64,000 nucleotides of DNA from Octopus vulgaris (GCA_951406725.2 OX597836.1:9982001-10046000); one strand, 5' to 3'; shown: positions 1-14,359, counted from the first letter of the stretch. Notes: generated by a model not told the origin, from the letters alone. Translations and numbers: made by a program.

Positions 1-328
1 GTGCTCCAGCATGGCCTTGTTTGTCCCCTCTATGTTTAACCCCTGGAGGGTAGTAAAGAAATTAGGGGATATGCACAAGTAACAAGAATATGAGAGTAGA
101 ACCTGGTTAGAAAAATAGGGAGTGGGTGTGGGTGTGGGTGGTGATGGAGCGTGGGTGGGGGAGCAGTGATTCAGTGAGCAGGGCAGTGAGGGCAAGAAAG
201 GGGATTGCAAAACAATCATAGTTTATGAAGTGGAAATGTGTATGCACACATGCATACATGTATGCGTATATAAATATACATGTATGTATATATAAATATA
301 CATGTATGCATATATATATTCTCCCATT

Positions 329-443
<115 letters not shown>

Positions 444-954
444 GTACACTGGTGTGCTTACTTAGCCAGCAGGGTGGAGTCATTCGAAGGCTAAAACAAT
501 GTGAAGCGCATTGTGATCAGCGATGTGTAGCAGCATCTGATAGCCTGGTCTTAAGATATACACACACACACACACACACACATATGTAATTAATTCTCCA
601 TGTAACTAATTCTCTAAATCCCAGAAGTCTTCTGGGATTCTGTGATGAGCAATTGACATATGAAAACATTTGTATCCTTCTCTTAACAATTACTCACATA
701 AGCGACCAAATTTCCGACTGGAAACTGAAACTGGGTCACAAACACTTAAATCTACTCACATAATCTGTATATAAAACAATTACAGAAGTTAACAGCCATA
801 ATTATAATTATGGTAATAATAGGTTGTGGCCTTTTTTTTTTTTTTTTTTTCCGTTTTTCTCATGTCATATATTGTTTAGATAAACTGATTGATTGACAGG
901 CTTGCTCGTTATTGATCAACAGACAAATTTCAGTTTAATATATGCGCATACATA

Positions 955-1354
955 GGCGCAGGAGTGGCTGTGTGGTAAGTAGCTTGCTAACCAACCACAT
1001 GGTTCCAGGTTCAGTCCCACTGCGTGGCATCTTGGGCAAGTGTCTTCTGCTATAGCCCCGGGCCGGCCAATGCCTTCTGAGTGGATTTGGTAGACGGAAA
1101 CTGAAAGAAGCCTGTCGTATATATGTATATATATATATATGTATGTGTGTGAATATGTTTGTCTGTCTGTGTTTGTCCCCCTAGCATTGCTTGACAGCCG
1201 ATGCTGGTGTGTTTACGTCTCCGTCACTTAGCGGTTCGGCAAAAGAGACTGATAGAATAAGTACTGGGCGCTACAAAGAATAAGTCCCAGGGTCGATTTT
1301 CTCGACTAAAAACAGACGGTGCTCCAGCATGGCCGCAGTCAAATGCCTGAAACA
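955..1354 (+). mobile_element. tRNA-derived SINE family A (representative full-length copy)
   Basis: Head GGCGCAGGAGTGGCTGTGTGG...GGTTCAGTCCC (A/B-box-like), internal (TA)n, tail GCTCCAGCATGGCCGCAGTCAAATGACTGAAACAAG(TAAAAGAG)n. Other copies at ~1893-2300, 3298-3713(-), 6125-6535(-), 21300-21680, 29600-30180, 40975-41135(-) and 56280-56880. Confidence 0.9.
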
Positions 1355-2924
1355 TAATCACAGACTTGGCTGTGTGGTAAGAGGTTTGCTTCCCAACCAC
1401 GTGGTTCCAGGTTCAGTCCCGCTGTGTGGCACCTCGGGCAGATAATTTCTACTATAACGTTAGGCCGACCAAAGCCTTGTGAGTGGATTTAGTCGACGGA
1501 AAATGAAAGAAGCCTGTTGCTGAGTGGTTCATGTTAAGACAGGCATCCAGCTGTAAAAATCCTGCCAAAACAGTTACAGAAGTCTGGTGCATGCTTCTGC
1601 CAGGCCAGCTCTTGTTAACCCTTTTGTTACCTTATTCCTGTTGAGATGCTCTGTGTTTATTCCAATTAATTTTAAGTATAAAAAAGAATTTAGTAACATA
1701 ACTTAGTTTTCATTCAGCTAGTGTTAGGAACAGTAATTGTGACTAAAGTTTGGTGGAAGGTTTTAATTCAAAACATAGGAAAACAAGACATTTGTACTCA
1801 GTTTCAGCTGGGTTGGTATCAAAAGGGTTAAACCATTCCACTCATGCCAGCATGGAAGGCAAACATTAAACAATGATGATGGTGATGGGCTTAGGAGTGG
1901 CTGTGTGGTAAGTAGCTTGCTTACCAACCACATGGTTCCGGGTTCAGTCCCACTGCATGGCACCTTGGGCAAGTGTCTTCTACTATAGCCTCGGGCCGAC
2001 CAAAGCCTTGTGAGTGGATTTGGTAGACGGAAACTGAAAGAAGCCCATCGTATATATGTATATATATATATATATATATATGCATGTGTGTGTTTGTGTG
2101 CCTGTGTTTGTCCCCTAGCATTGCTTGACAACCGATGCTGGTGTGTTTATGTCCCCGTTACTTAGCGCTTTGGCAAAAGAGACCGATAGAATAAGTACTA
2201 GGGTCACAAAGCATACGTCCTCGCGTCGATTTGCTTGATGAAAGGTGATGCTGCAGCATGTCCACTGTCAAATGACTGAAACAAGTAAAAGAATAAAAGA
2301 GTATATATATATATATACATATAAGCAACAGGATATCAAGTAGTTGTGTAACACGACCGTTTCCAGTCGCTCCATTTAATTGAACAATGCAATCATTACA
2401 TCATTTTAAATGCAGTGCCATCTTCAAGTACATTAATAAATACGTACCCTCATATATACGCATCCTCAGATATATACACCCTGATATATTCCTTCTTACA
2501 TACATTTAACTATTTTTTAAAAATCTGATATAAACACATACAATATGATGAAGGAAAGATTAAAACAGGTTCGATCAATAGAGTTTGAAGCGTTAATTGC
2601 TTTTCCAAAACTGTGAAAACGAGCATTTTAGCCCATGGTTGCATCTGATAATGCTTTCAGAGTACCCATTCACAAGTTTATCTGTACACATTAAAATGCT
2701 TAGTGCTTTTTCGGAACAGAGATTGTAAGATCTTGAGAATGCATTGCATAGATATGCGCTTTTTATCCCCGTCAATGTGATGTTGCATTGCACTTTTGCT
2801 TCTTTAAGTTTCCTCGCTAGAAAAGAGAGTTTGCTCAACTAGAGGTGGTGCTCCAGCATGGCCACAGTGACATGACTGAAACAAGTAAAAGAGTAAAAGA
2901 GTATACATATACATATATATATAT

Positions 2925-3172
2925 CATCATCATCATCATCATCATCATCGTTTAACGTCCGTTTTCCGCGCTAGCACGGGTTGGACGGTTTCGACCGGGG
3001 TCTGGGGAGCTCGGGACTGCCCCAGGCTCCAGTCTAGTCTGGCAGTGTTTCTACAGCTGGATGCCCTTCCTAACGCCAACCACTCCGCGAGTGTAGTGGG
3101 TGTTTTTTACGTGCCACCTGCACAGGTGCCAGAGGGGTCTGGCATCGGCCACGTTCGGATGGTGCTTTTTAT
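2925..3172 (-). mobile_element. SINE-like family C with (GAT)n tail (representative copy)
   Basis: Conserved GGCGTTAGGAAGGGCATCCAGCTGTAGAAAC...CCAACCCATGCTAGCATGGAAAACGGACGTTAAACGATGATG. Copies at ~5270-5465, 9045-9310, 31443, 32410, 38360-38540, 56415-56665 and 58771-59040. Confidence 0.8.
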
Positions 3173-3713
3173 GTAGGGTGGGGTGCAGAAATATAGGGAA
3201 GCACATATATATATATATATAAATGAAAGAATGGAGTCGAACAAAGATGGACAATAAACATAGGATAATTCATTCACCTACTTAAATATATATATATACT
3301 CTTTACTCTTTTTTTTACTTGTTTCAGTCATTTGACTGCAGCCATGCTGGAGCACCGCATTTAGTCGAGCAAATCAACCCCGGGACTTATTCTTTGTAAG
3401 CCCAGTACTTATTCTATCGGTCTCTTTTGACGAACCGCTAAGTGACGGGGACATAAACACACCAGCATCGGTTGTCAAGCAATGCTAGGGGGACAAACAC
3501 ACACACACACACACACATACACGCACATATATATATATATATACATATATACGATGGGCTTCTTTCAGTTTCCGTCTACCAAATCCATCACAAGGCTTTG
3601 GTCGGCCCGAGGCTATAGTAGAAGACACTTGCCCAAGGTGCCACACAGTGGGACTGAACCCGGAACCATATGGTTGGTAAGCAAGCTACTTACCACACAG
3701 CCACTCCTGCGCC

Positions 3714-3802
<89 letters not shown>

Positions 3803-4029
3803 GTATATGAGGCATAGACTGGAAAATTTGGTGTATTTTTAATTCCATCTTACATGTGTTTCATTACATGATAGCAATTACAGGATATATGCATGTAGGA
3901 AACATGTATGTGATCTCTTATCCATAATTCTTCAAAGATTTTAGTAACCACCTCTACACACACACACACAAGCATACACACACAAGCATACACACACACA
4001 TACATTGATAGATTGATAGACAGCCAGAC

Positions 4030-4086
<57 letters not shown>

Positions 4087-4287
4087 TGATAGTATATACG
4101 ATCTGATTCCACACAGTTTCCAACAATTAGGCCTAATCTGGAAGCTCAACAATGACAAACAGCTGTTGACAGTCTCCTTCAATTTTACACCATATCAGAT
4201 AATAATCGACAAAAATTGTTCATCTGCAATGTGGTAGACGATATCTAAAGATCGGTGACTGATCAAATCACACACACACACACTTGT

Positions 4288-4363
<76 letters not shown>

Positions 4364-7114
4364 CTTTTCATCTTCACAGTCACACCATTACGTTTTCTAT
4401 CATCCCACAGATGTCTCATTAGCATATTCAATATAAAGTATTAGTCCATTTTTAATAAGATATAGTTTAATCTTCATTGCAATCTAAACCAATATTTCAT
4501 TCGAGATATCAGCTTCTTCATAATACTCTTTCCTTCCACTACACCAGAATAAATAAATAAAGAAACATTTCTTCTTTGCATTAACTGTTTTTACTAAGAG
4601 TAATTGTAGGCACGTGGAGGCACATGGCCCAATGGTTAGAGCAGTGGACTCACGGTCGAGGGATCGCAGGTTTGAATCCCAGATCAGGCGATATATGTGT
4701 TTATGAGTGAAACACCTAAGCTCCACATGGCCCTGGCAGAAGGTAATAGCGAACTTCTGCTGACTCTTTCACCACAACTTTCTCTCACTCTTTCCTCCTG
4801 CATCTTGCAGCTCACCTGCGATGGACCGGGGTCCCGTCCAGGTGGGAAACCTACGCACCAAGGAAACCAGGAAACCGGCCCTTATGAGTTAGACATGGCT
4901 CAAGTAGGAACAAACAAACAAATTGTAGGCACAGGTGTATCTGTGTGGTAAGAATCATGCTTCCCGATTACATGGTTTCAGGTTTAGTCCCACTGCATGG
5001 GACCTTAAACAAGTGTCTTCTACTATGACCCCAGGTAAACCAAAGCCTCCTGAGTGAATTTAGGCACACAGAAACTGAAAGAAACATTGATATCATGTAT
5101 GTATGTCTGTATGTATGTACGTATGTATTTATGTATGTATGTATGTACATACGTATGTATGTATTTATGTATGTACGTATGTGCCATGCCACATAAAAAG
5201 CACCCATGTCATGCCATGTATAAAGTACCCAGTATAAAGTACCCATGTATAAAGTACCCAGTACACTCTGTAAAGTAGTTGGCATTAGGAAGGGCATCCA
5301 GCCCTAGAAAATGTGCCAAAGCAGACAATTAGAACCTGTTGCAGCTCTCCGGCTTTCCAGACTCCTATCAAACTGTCCAACCCATGCCAGCATGAAAAAC
5401 GGATATTGATGATGATGATGATGATGATGATGATGACAATAACGACGATGATGATGATGATGATGATGTAATGCTAAAGGTACCCAAAGAATTGGGGAGT
5501 GGGAGAGCAGGGTGGCTGTTAAAAGTTTTTTTATTGAAACTTCTATTAAAACCTTCATTTCCCACCCTTTATTCTTAGCAACCATGGTATGTAATAAACC
5601 TGTTACCAGACATAAGAGATTTAACAATTCCTATCCATTCACTGGTTTAATAAAAAAGAAAAAAAAACCGCCTCTTAAATTGTCAATTATCCAGGTAACC
5701 TTGTAAAACATGTCCCTTGAAGAGATACAATTCTTAATTGTTCGTAACAAGGATATTTTGTCTTAATCTAGTGATTTATTAGCCGGGAGGTGGTAGCTAT
5801 TGGTTCTAAATCGATCAATGATTTTTGAGAAGTAAGTAACAAACCACTCCTGAGAAATTTTCCATTCTTTGAATCACTAAAAGATACCGAAATCTTCAGT
5901 GGGAAACCAATGGTCCAGTTATAAGACACCAGATTTACTTTAATTAGCAGCCACTTTGGTAAAGCATTTTATCTTCTAAACACTTCCTAAGAAATCGATC
6001 AGCGAGCTTTTCCTTTAGATTAAACTCCAAGACAATTTTTCCATTTTCTTACACGAGAATAAGAACTTCTATTACAGCATCTTGCGTAGAACCAAACCTC
6101 TAACATTTCTGTTTTACTATTTTTACTCTTTTACTGGTTTCAGTCATTTGACTGTGGCCATGCTGGAGCACCACCTTTAGTCGAGCAAATTGACCCCAGG
6201 ACTTATTATTTGCAAGCCTAGTACTTATTCTATCGGTCACTTTTGCCGAACCGCTAAGTTACGGGGACGTAAACACACCAGCATCGGTTGTCAAGTGATG
6301 TTGGGGTGGGGGGACAAACGCAGACACTTTAACATACACACACACACACATACACACATATATATACATATATACGATGGGCTTCTTTCAGTTTCCGTCT
6401 ACCAAATCCACTCACAAGTCTTTGGTTGACCCTAGGCTATAGTAGAAGACACTTGCCCAAGGTGCCACGCAATGGGACTGAACCTGGAACCATGTGGTTC
6501 GTAAACAAGCTACTTACCACACAGCCACTCCTGCCCTCTGTTGAGATATGGTGATATTTTTAGCTTCTATTCCAAATGCAGGCCTGACTGTGCAGTTTGG
6601 AAGTTTCTTATATTTATTGCTTACAGTTTACTTGTTTCAGTCATTAGATTGTGGCCATGCTGGGGCATCACCTTGAAGAATTTTACTTGATTGGATCAAC
6701 CCTGGTACTTCCTTTAAGCCTGATACCTATTTTATCATTCTCTTTTGCCAAATTGCTCAGTTACCGGGATGTAAACATACCAACATCAGTAGTGAAGGGG
6801 GCAAATACAGATACAAAGACACACACATATATATCATCATCCTCTGCCTCCTCATCATCATTATTTAACATCCGCTTTCCATGCTGGCATGGGTTGGATA
6901 GTTTGACAGGAGCTGGCAAGCCAGAAGACTACACCAGCCTTCATTGTCTTTATTGGCATGGTTTTCATGGCTGGATGCCCTTCCTAACAACAACCACCCC
7001 ATAAAATGCTTTTTACATACTAGCATAGGCATGGTCAGTTTTGAGTGTTGGCATGGTTTTTACAGCTGCATGCCCTTCCAAATGCCAGCCACTTTATATT
7101 ATTATTATTATTTT

Positions 7115-7227
7115 CAGTAGTTTTATTTTTATAGCGTGCTTTCACTTCACTACCGAGTGCAGCTCTGTGTGCTGTGATTTGATGTGATGCTCTGATGGTT
7201 ATTGTATGGAAAGTGTTCTGCGTAATA

Positions 7228-7316
<89 letters not shown>

Positions 7317-8290
7317 GTAGTCTTATTTTTATAACGTGCTTTCACTTCACTACCGAGTGCAGCTCTGTGTGCCTTGGGTATGTGCTGTGGTTTGTTGTGA
7401 TAGTTACTGTATTGAAAGTATTTTGCATAGGATGTGTGCAGTGCCCAGTAGTGCAATTTTCGGTATGTTATATATATTTGTAAGTCCTGGTGTTTTTGTT
7501 ATATATTTGTCTGAATATTTTTTTATCATACCTAATGCTCCTATTATGATAGAAATTGTTTCTTTTTTTTTTTAGACTCCACATTCAAGTTACCTCTATT
7601 TCCAGGTCTTTGTATTTAGAAAGTTTCTCCATTTCTGTTAGAGAAATGCTGTCGTCTGTTGGTATTGATACATCGATTAGAAAATATTTTTTCTTTTTTC
7701 TTTATTATTATTATTATTATTATTATTATAGACGTCGCACAATATACAATATCATGAGGTTGTTGATTGAAGGTATTGTGTCCAGTGGGGATTTATACTG
7801 TTTGTCAAGTCACAACAAGGACCTCAGACAGACAGAGCTTTATGCAAACTGCGTGCAATTCCAAGTAACGCCGACTTTTGCAATACACCTAGATTGTAAG
7901 ATATTTCTAAAGATTTCAGGTGGTTTTTTTTTTCAGATTGGGTAGTATTGAACCCAATGCTCTGATGACAACATGGATAACCTTTATGTTTGACTCTCGT
8001 AGCCGCCACATCTTAGCAATCTCAATTCTCAGGTCTCCATATTTACCAACCTGTCATCTGTTAGTATTGATACATCGATTAGAAAGTTTTTTTTTTCTTG
8101 GCGATCTCTGACAACTATATCTGGCCTATTGGCCTTAACTTCTCTATCTGTGTATATTGACACATTCCAGAATCTGGTTGCTTTCCCTTTTTCTGTGACC
8201 TTTTCTGGCATGTGCCTACACCATCTCTTTTCTGTTGTTATTCCATAGTGTTGGCATAGCTTCCAGTGTATATAGGTCCCAACTCTATCA
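7115..8290 (-). mobile_element. Stacked 3' fragments of R4/Dong-like (RLE) non-LTR retrotransposons in (TAA)n tracts
   Basis: Degenerate peptides IYTDREVKANRPDIVVRD...LIDVSI and EKLSKYKDLEIEV...IIIGALG...IALLGTAHIL match the restriction-like endonuclease C-terminus. Fragments are bounded by (TTA)n. Confidence 0.8.
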
Positions 8291-8375
8291 TTATTATTTT
8301 TTTTTTCCTTCTTTCTTCAAATTTTCTTCCATTTCTCGCCGAGTGTTTTCCGTACACCTAGGGCAGAGAAGCTCC

Positions 8376-8406
<31 letters not shown>

Positions 8407-8612
8407 GGTATATCAAATGTACATGTGCCGAATGTCATGATGAAACCTGTTCTTGTCAACTAGTAGTCTTGTTATAAATAGTTAAATTAATTGCAGCAAT
8501 CCAGTAAATCTTACCTTTAGTACTTGCACAACTTGTAATTAATAAATGATCAGGGTCAGACAAAGATTTATTACTGCTGAAATAGAGTGGGGAGAGAGAG
8601 GAGAGAGAAAAG

Positions 8613-8680
<68 letters not shown>

Positions 8681-8789
8681 AGAGAGAGAGAGAGAAAGAG
8701 AGAGAGAAGGAGAAAGAGAGGTGGGGGGGAAAATACTGTATTATTTACTGAGCTGAGAATCACAATAGTGATTTTGGTTTCAATACTAC

Positions 8790-9307
8790 ATGAAATCATT
8801 AATGTCATCATCATCATCCTCCTCCTCATCATCATCATCAACATCATCATCATTAATGTCATCATCATCATCATCATCATCAACATCATCATCATCATCC
8901 TCATCATCATCATCATCATCATCATAATTGTTGCCTTCATCATCATCATCGTCATCGTCAGCATCATCATCTTCATTGGCATTGTCGTCATCATCATCAT
9001 TATCATCATCATCATTAACATCATCATTAATATCATCCAGACTGACTCCCGTGCCAGTGGCACATGAAAAGCACCATCTGAATGTGGCCGATGCCAGTAC
9101 CCACTGACTGGCACCTGTGCCGGTGGCACGTAAAAAGCACCCACTACACTCACGGAGTGGTTGGCGTTAGGAAGGGCATCCAGCTGTAGAAACACTGCCA
9201 GATCAGACTTGAGCCTGGTGCAGCCTCCTGGCTTCCCAGACACCAGTTAAACCATCCAACCCATGCCAGCATGGAAAATGGACGTTAAACAATGATGATG
9301 ATGAAGA

Positions 9308-9346
<39 letters not shown>

Positions 9347-9386
9347 CACACACACATATATATATATACATATATATATATGCATG

Positions 9387-9448
<62 letters not shown>

Positions 9449-10284
9449 TACACATATATACACACATATATATGTAAATATTCATGCATGTGTGTGTGTG
9501 TGTGTGTGTGCATGTTTTGTCATTGCAGGACAGTAGCCCTAATCTAGTGTGGCAGAGATGCAAGCAACAATGTGTTCGTTTCCAGTCATCCGTGAAAGCA
9601 TGTCTGGCCATGGGGAAATTATTACCTTGCTTGGAAATGAATGGAGGCTGGCGAGAAAAAAGGGCTGGAGCGAAGAGATCTGATTCAATGAATCCTGTTT
9701 GGCATCATGCAAGCATGGGAAAGTGGACATTAAAACGATGACGACGACGATGACAATGAAGATGATGATGATGATGAGGAGGAGGAGGAGGAGGAGGGAA
9801 TGAGGGGGAAGAGATGGAGGAGAGAAAGAGAGGGAGGAGAAAGAGGAGAAAGAGAAGAGTGGGAAGAGGAGGAAGAGAAGGAGGGGAGAAGGAAGAGAAG
9901 GGGGAGGAGGAGAAGGGGAGGATGACAACAATGTTGATGATACTGATGATGATGAGGAGGAAGAGGAGGAGGAGGAGGAGGAGGACGATGGCAATGATTA
10001 TGACGACAACAACGGCAATGATTGAGGAAGATGATGTTGATGACAACAATGATGAATGATGATGACGATGATGATGTTGAGGATGGTGAGGATTACGATG
10101 ATGACGATGGCAATGACAATGAGGATGATGATGATGGTGGTGGTGGTGGTGGTGGTGGTGGTGGTGGTGATGACAACAACTATGATCGTGGTGGTTTTGA
10201 TGATGATGATGAGGATGATGACGATGGTGGTGGTGGTGGCGGTGGTGGTGGTGGTGATGATGGTGATGATGATGATGATGGCGG

Positions 10285-10316
<32 letters not shown>

Positions 10317-11218
10317 ATGGTGGTGGTGGTGGTGGTGGTGACAAGAGAAAAACCAGATTCGTGGAAATAGCTGTTGTTGTAGGAAAATATTCAAATATTC
10401 GTCATTTTTGTTTGTTTGTTTGTATGCTATCTTTTTGGGGGGTTTTTTTTTTGTCCCCCAACCACCAATCATCCCACCCCACCCCCACCCCTCAGCAATT
10501 TCCATTCTTACACATCTCGCTGATAGCAAACTTTTGATAAACAGAACGGTTTGCAATTTCCATAGTCAATACAATCCATTTGTTGCCGTTGCCATGGCAG
10601 CAATCGGAATCCATTTGGACTCTTAGGGAACCATTCAATTCTTCTCCTCTGCAACAAGCATCACAGTTCCTTCTACAAGCAACGTTCCAAAATGGTAGAA
10701 TTCCTGCAAAGTTACTAAGATGTGAGATTTTACAACCGACTGTGTGCGATTGGCACTTTTGCTTTGCTGTATGCTCACATGCATGCACATACGCATGCGT
10801 AGATGCACACATCGCCATCATCATCATCATCATCATCATCATCGCCACCACCACTGGTACCATCACAGCTACCGCCGCCATTGTTGTTGTCGTTGTTGCC
10901 GTCACACGCCACTACCACCACCACCACCACCACCACCACCACTGCTACAACTACTGCCACCACTACCTCTATCACCACCCACCACCGCCACTGCCGCTAC
11001 CACCGCCGTCATTATCATCATCTCCATCATCATCATCCTCACCACCACTACCACCACCACAACCACCACCATCATCACCACCACCACCACCACCGTCATC
11101 AACATCATCATTGTCACCACCATCACCACTACCCAAACCACTACCACCACCATTACCACTATCATTGTCACCATCACCATCACCACTATGACCATCATCA
11201 GCACTACCACCACCACCA

Positions 11219-11255
<37 letters not shown>

Positions 11256-11256
11256 A
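8790..11256. repeat. Trinucleotide microsatellite mosaic (CAT/GAT/GAG/GGT/CAC)
   Basis: Blocks at 8790-9040, 9737-10340 and 10810-11256; these generate the poly-M/H/D/G ORFs in the track. Confidence 0.95.
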
Positions 11257-11374
11257 ATGTCTGCTTTGTCTATGTTTGTATGGATTGGACAGAATTTGTT
11301 GGTATTCCATTGCCAGATGCCTTTACCGTCACCAACCCTTATCTTGCTTCCAAGTAAGTTAATATTTCCCCTGT

Positions 11375-12837
11375 GGAATGTTCACTGTCATCAGTTCACC
11401 ACAGGGAATGTTCACTGTCATCAGTTCACCACAGGGAATGTTCACTGTCATCAGGTCACCACAGGGAATGTTCACTGTCATCAGTTCACCACAGGGAATG
11501 TTCACTGTCATCAGTTCACCACAGGGAATGTTCGCTGTCATCAGTTCACCACAGGGAATGTTCACTGTCATCAGTTCACCACAGGGAATGTTCGCTGTCA
11601 TCAGTTCACCACAGGGAATGTTCACTGTCATCAGTTTACTACAGGGAATGTTCACTGTCATCAGTTTACCACTGGGAATGTTCACTGTCATCAGTTTACC
11701 ACAGAGAATGTTCACTGTCATCAGTTTACTACAGGGAATGTTCACTGTCATCAGTTTACCACAGAGAATGTTCACTGTCATCAGTTTACCACAGAGAATG
11801 TTCACTGTCATCAGTTTACTACAGGGAATGTTCACTGTCATCAGTTTACCACAGGGAATGTTCACTGTCATCAGTTTACCACAGAGAATGTTCACTGTCA
11901 TCAGTTTACTACAGGGAATGTTCACTGTCATCAGTTTACCACAGGGAATGTTCACTGTCATCAGTTTACTACAGGGAATGTTCACTGTCATCAGTTTACC
12001 ACAGGGAATGTTCACTGTCATCAGTTTACCACAGGGAATGTTCACTGTCATCAGTTTACCACAGAGAATGTTCACTGTCATCAGTTTACTACAGGGAATG
12101 TTCACTGTCATCAGTTTACCACAGGGAATGTTCACTGTCATCAGTTTACCACAGAGAATGTTCACTGTCATCAGTTTACTACAGGGAATGTTCACTGTCA
12201 TCAGTTTACCACAGGAATGTTCACTGTCATCAGTTTACCACAGAGAATGTTCACTGTCATTGTTTACTACAGGGAATGTTCACTGTCATCAGTTTACCAC
12301 AGGGAATGTTCACTGTCATCAGTTTACCACAGAGAATGTTCACTGTCATCAGTTTACTACAGGGAATGTTCACTGTCATCAGTTTACCACAGGGAATGTT
12401 CACTGTCATCAGTTTACCACAGAGAATGTTCACTGTCATCAGTTTACTACAGGGAATGTTCACTGTCATCAGTTTACCACAGGGAATGTTCACTGTCATC
12501 AGTTTACCACAGAGAATGTTCACTGTCATCAGTTTACTACAGGGAATGTTCACTGTCATCAGTTTACCACAGGGAATGTTCACTGTCATCAGTTTACCAC
12601 AGAGAATGTTCACTGTCATCAGTTTACTACAGGGAATGTTCACTGTCATCAATTCACCACAGGGAATGTTCACTGTCATCAGTTTACCACAGGGAATGTT
12701 CACTGTCATCAATTCACCACAGGGAATGTTCACTGTCATCAGTTTACCACAGGGAATGTTCACTGTCATCAATTCACCACAGGGAATGTTCACCATCATC
12801 AGTTCACCACAGGGAATGTTCACCGTCATCAATTCAC
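11375..12837. repeat. 30-bp minisatellite, ~49 copies, unit GGGAATGTTCACTGTCATCAGTTTACCACA
   Basis: Direct 30-bp periodicity with two single-base deletions near 12214 and 12261. There are no spacers, so it is not a CRISPR array. Confidence 0.98.
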
Positions 12838-13227
12838 TGTTTTCAATAAAATACTTTTTAACTCTGCAGAAATGAACTGTGCCCTCTGGCCCTCAATTAA
12901 TCACACATTATACCATTGCAGAGAAGCTGCATATTGTAGAAATAATAAAAAAAACCTACAGAAATGAACCATGCCCTCTGCTCCCCCAATTAAACTTACA
13001 GTATATCACAGCATGTCGGCTGCATGCTGTGGAATATAGCTCAAGTCTACAGAAATAACTCTACGCTACTCTAACGTAACATTACGCACGCTGACATTCC
13101 AACAAAGATATCAGAAATGCTTGCGTATTGTATCAGTACGGAGGTTTCTTTTCAATGGAAATCATTGATTCTACCAAACATTATCATTATCTGTCAAAGA
13201 TTTATCTTTGTTTTTTTTCTTTTCTGT

Positions 13228-13271
<44 letters not shown>

Positions 13272-13880
13272 TCTCTCTTCCTTTTCTTTCCCTTTTAATT
13301 CCTCTTCGTAACGTTCCCCTATCTGCAAATATGATTGATGGTCTTCGAAATCGACAGTCAACAACAAAAGTGGTTTTCTGCAATAACAGACTTTCGTATC
13401 AGTTTCTTTCTTAACGAAATTACACAGTTTGAGGAAAAACATTGAATCCTAATACGTCATTAGCAGGGGCCTTTTTTTTATTTTTTTATTTTTTGATCTG
13501 TTTTGTTTTAATTTTTCTTTTTGTTTTTTGTTTACATTATTTTATTTCTTTTGCTTTTTGTTTTCGTTCTGTTTTTTCTTGTTACCTTTGTTTCATGTTA
13601 TTGAATTGGACAAACTTAATGAAGTGCAGCGAAGTGCAGCGGAGTGCAGCGAAGTGCATCAGTGATTCAAGTTCAAAATATCAGTCATGCATGGGTAAAT
13701 ACACATTAACACAAATACAACCACACATATACTAATACACACACACACACACATATGTGTGTGTGTGAGTGTGAGAGTAGGTGTATGTGCATATATGTGT
13801 GAGCGTGTATGTATATATATATATATATATATATGCACATAATCATGTGTATGTTTATATATGTACTACATACATAATAC

Positions 13881-13950
<70 letters not shown>

Positions 13951-14280
13951 TTGATGAAGCATACACTCAGTGAATGGAGGAAAACTTGAGAGTCATAGAT
14001 ATTATGAATAATCTTAAACAATATCTTATGAATATGTAAAGGTTCTAATTAATGAACATAAGGGATGCAGAAACATATGTTGTGATACATTATTGAAGAC
14101 TCTAAATTTCCAAGCCTAAGATGAAAAGAAACCCACCTGTATAACCATTCCCTCGGATTAAATTGGAAGATGTGACTTTTGGATGGTAGCCAACATCAAG
14201 GAGCATAGGACCATTTAAGAGTACATTCTAAGGCATTCACCCCTAAAAATTAAGTGGATATATCTATGTATGTGTATATA

Positions 14281-14359
<79 letters not shown>

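Noticed and set aside
4616-4690. tRNA genes at SINE heads (also ~21213, 34205, 48790 and 60608)
   Set aside because: A/B boxes are present but run directly into SINE bodies, and the cloverleaf pairing is degraded.
5480-6110. Unique-looking segment as a coding remnant
   Set aside because: Stops occur in all frames I examined and I recognise no motif, so I cannot assign it.
11375-12837. CRISPR array
   Set aside because: Head-to-tail repeats with no unique spacers, no cas genes, and a eukaryotic context.
10744-12967. Long ORFs (701, 529, 500 and 280 aa) as a His/Cys repeat protein gene
   Set aside because: They result from a stop-free 30-bp unit plus triplet microsatellites. Several frames are equally open, there are two internal frameshifts, and I see no splice context.
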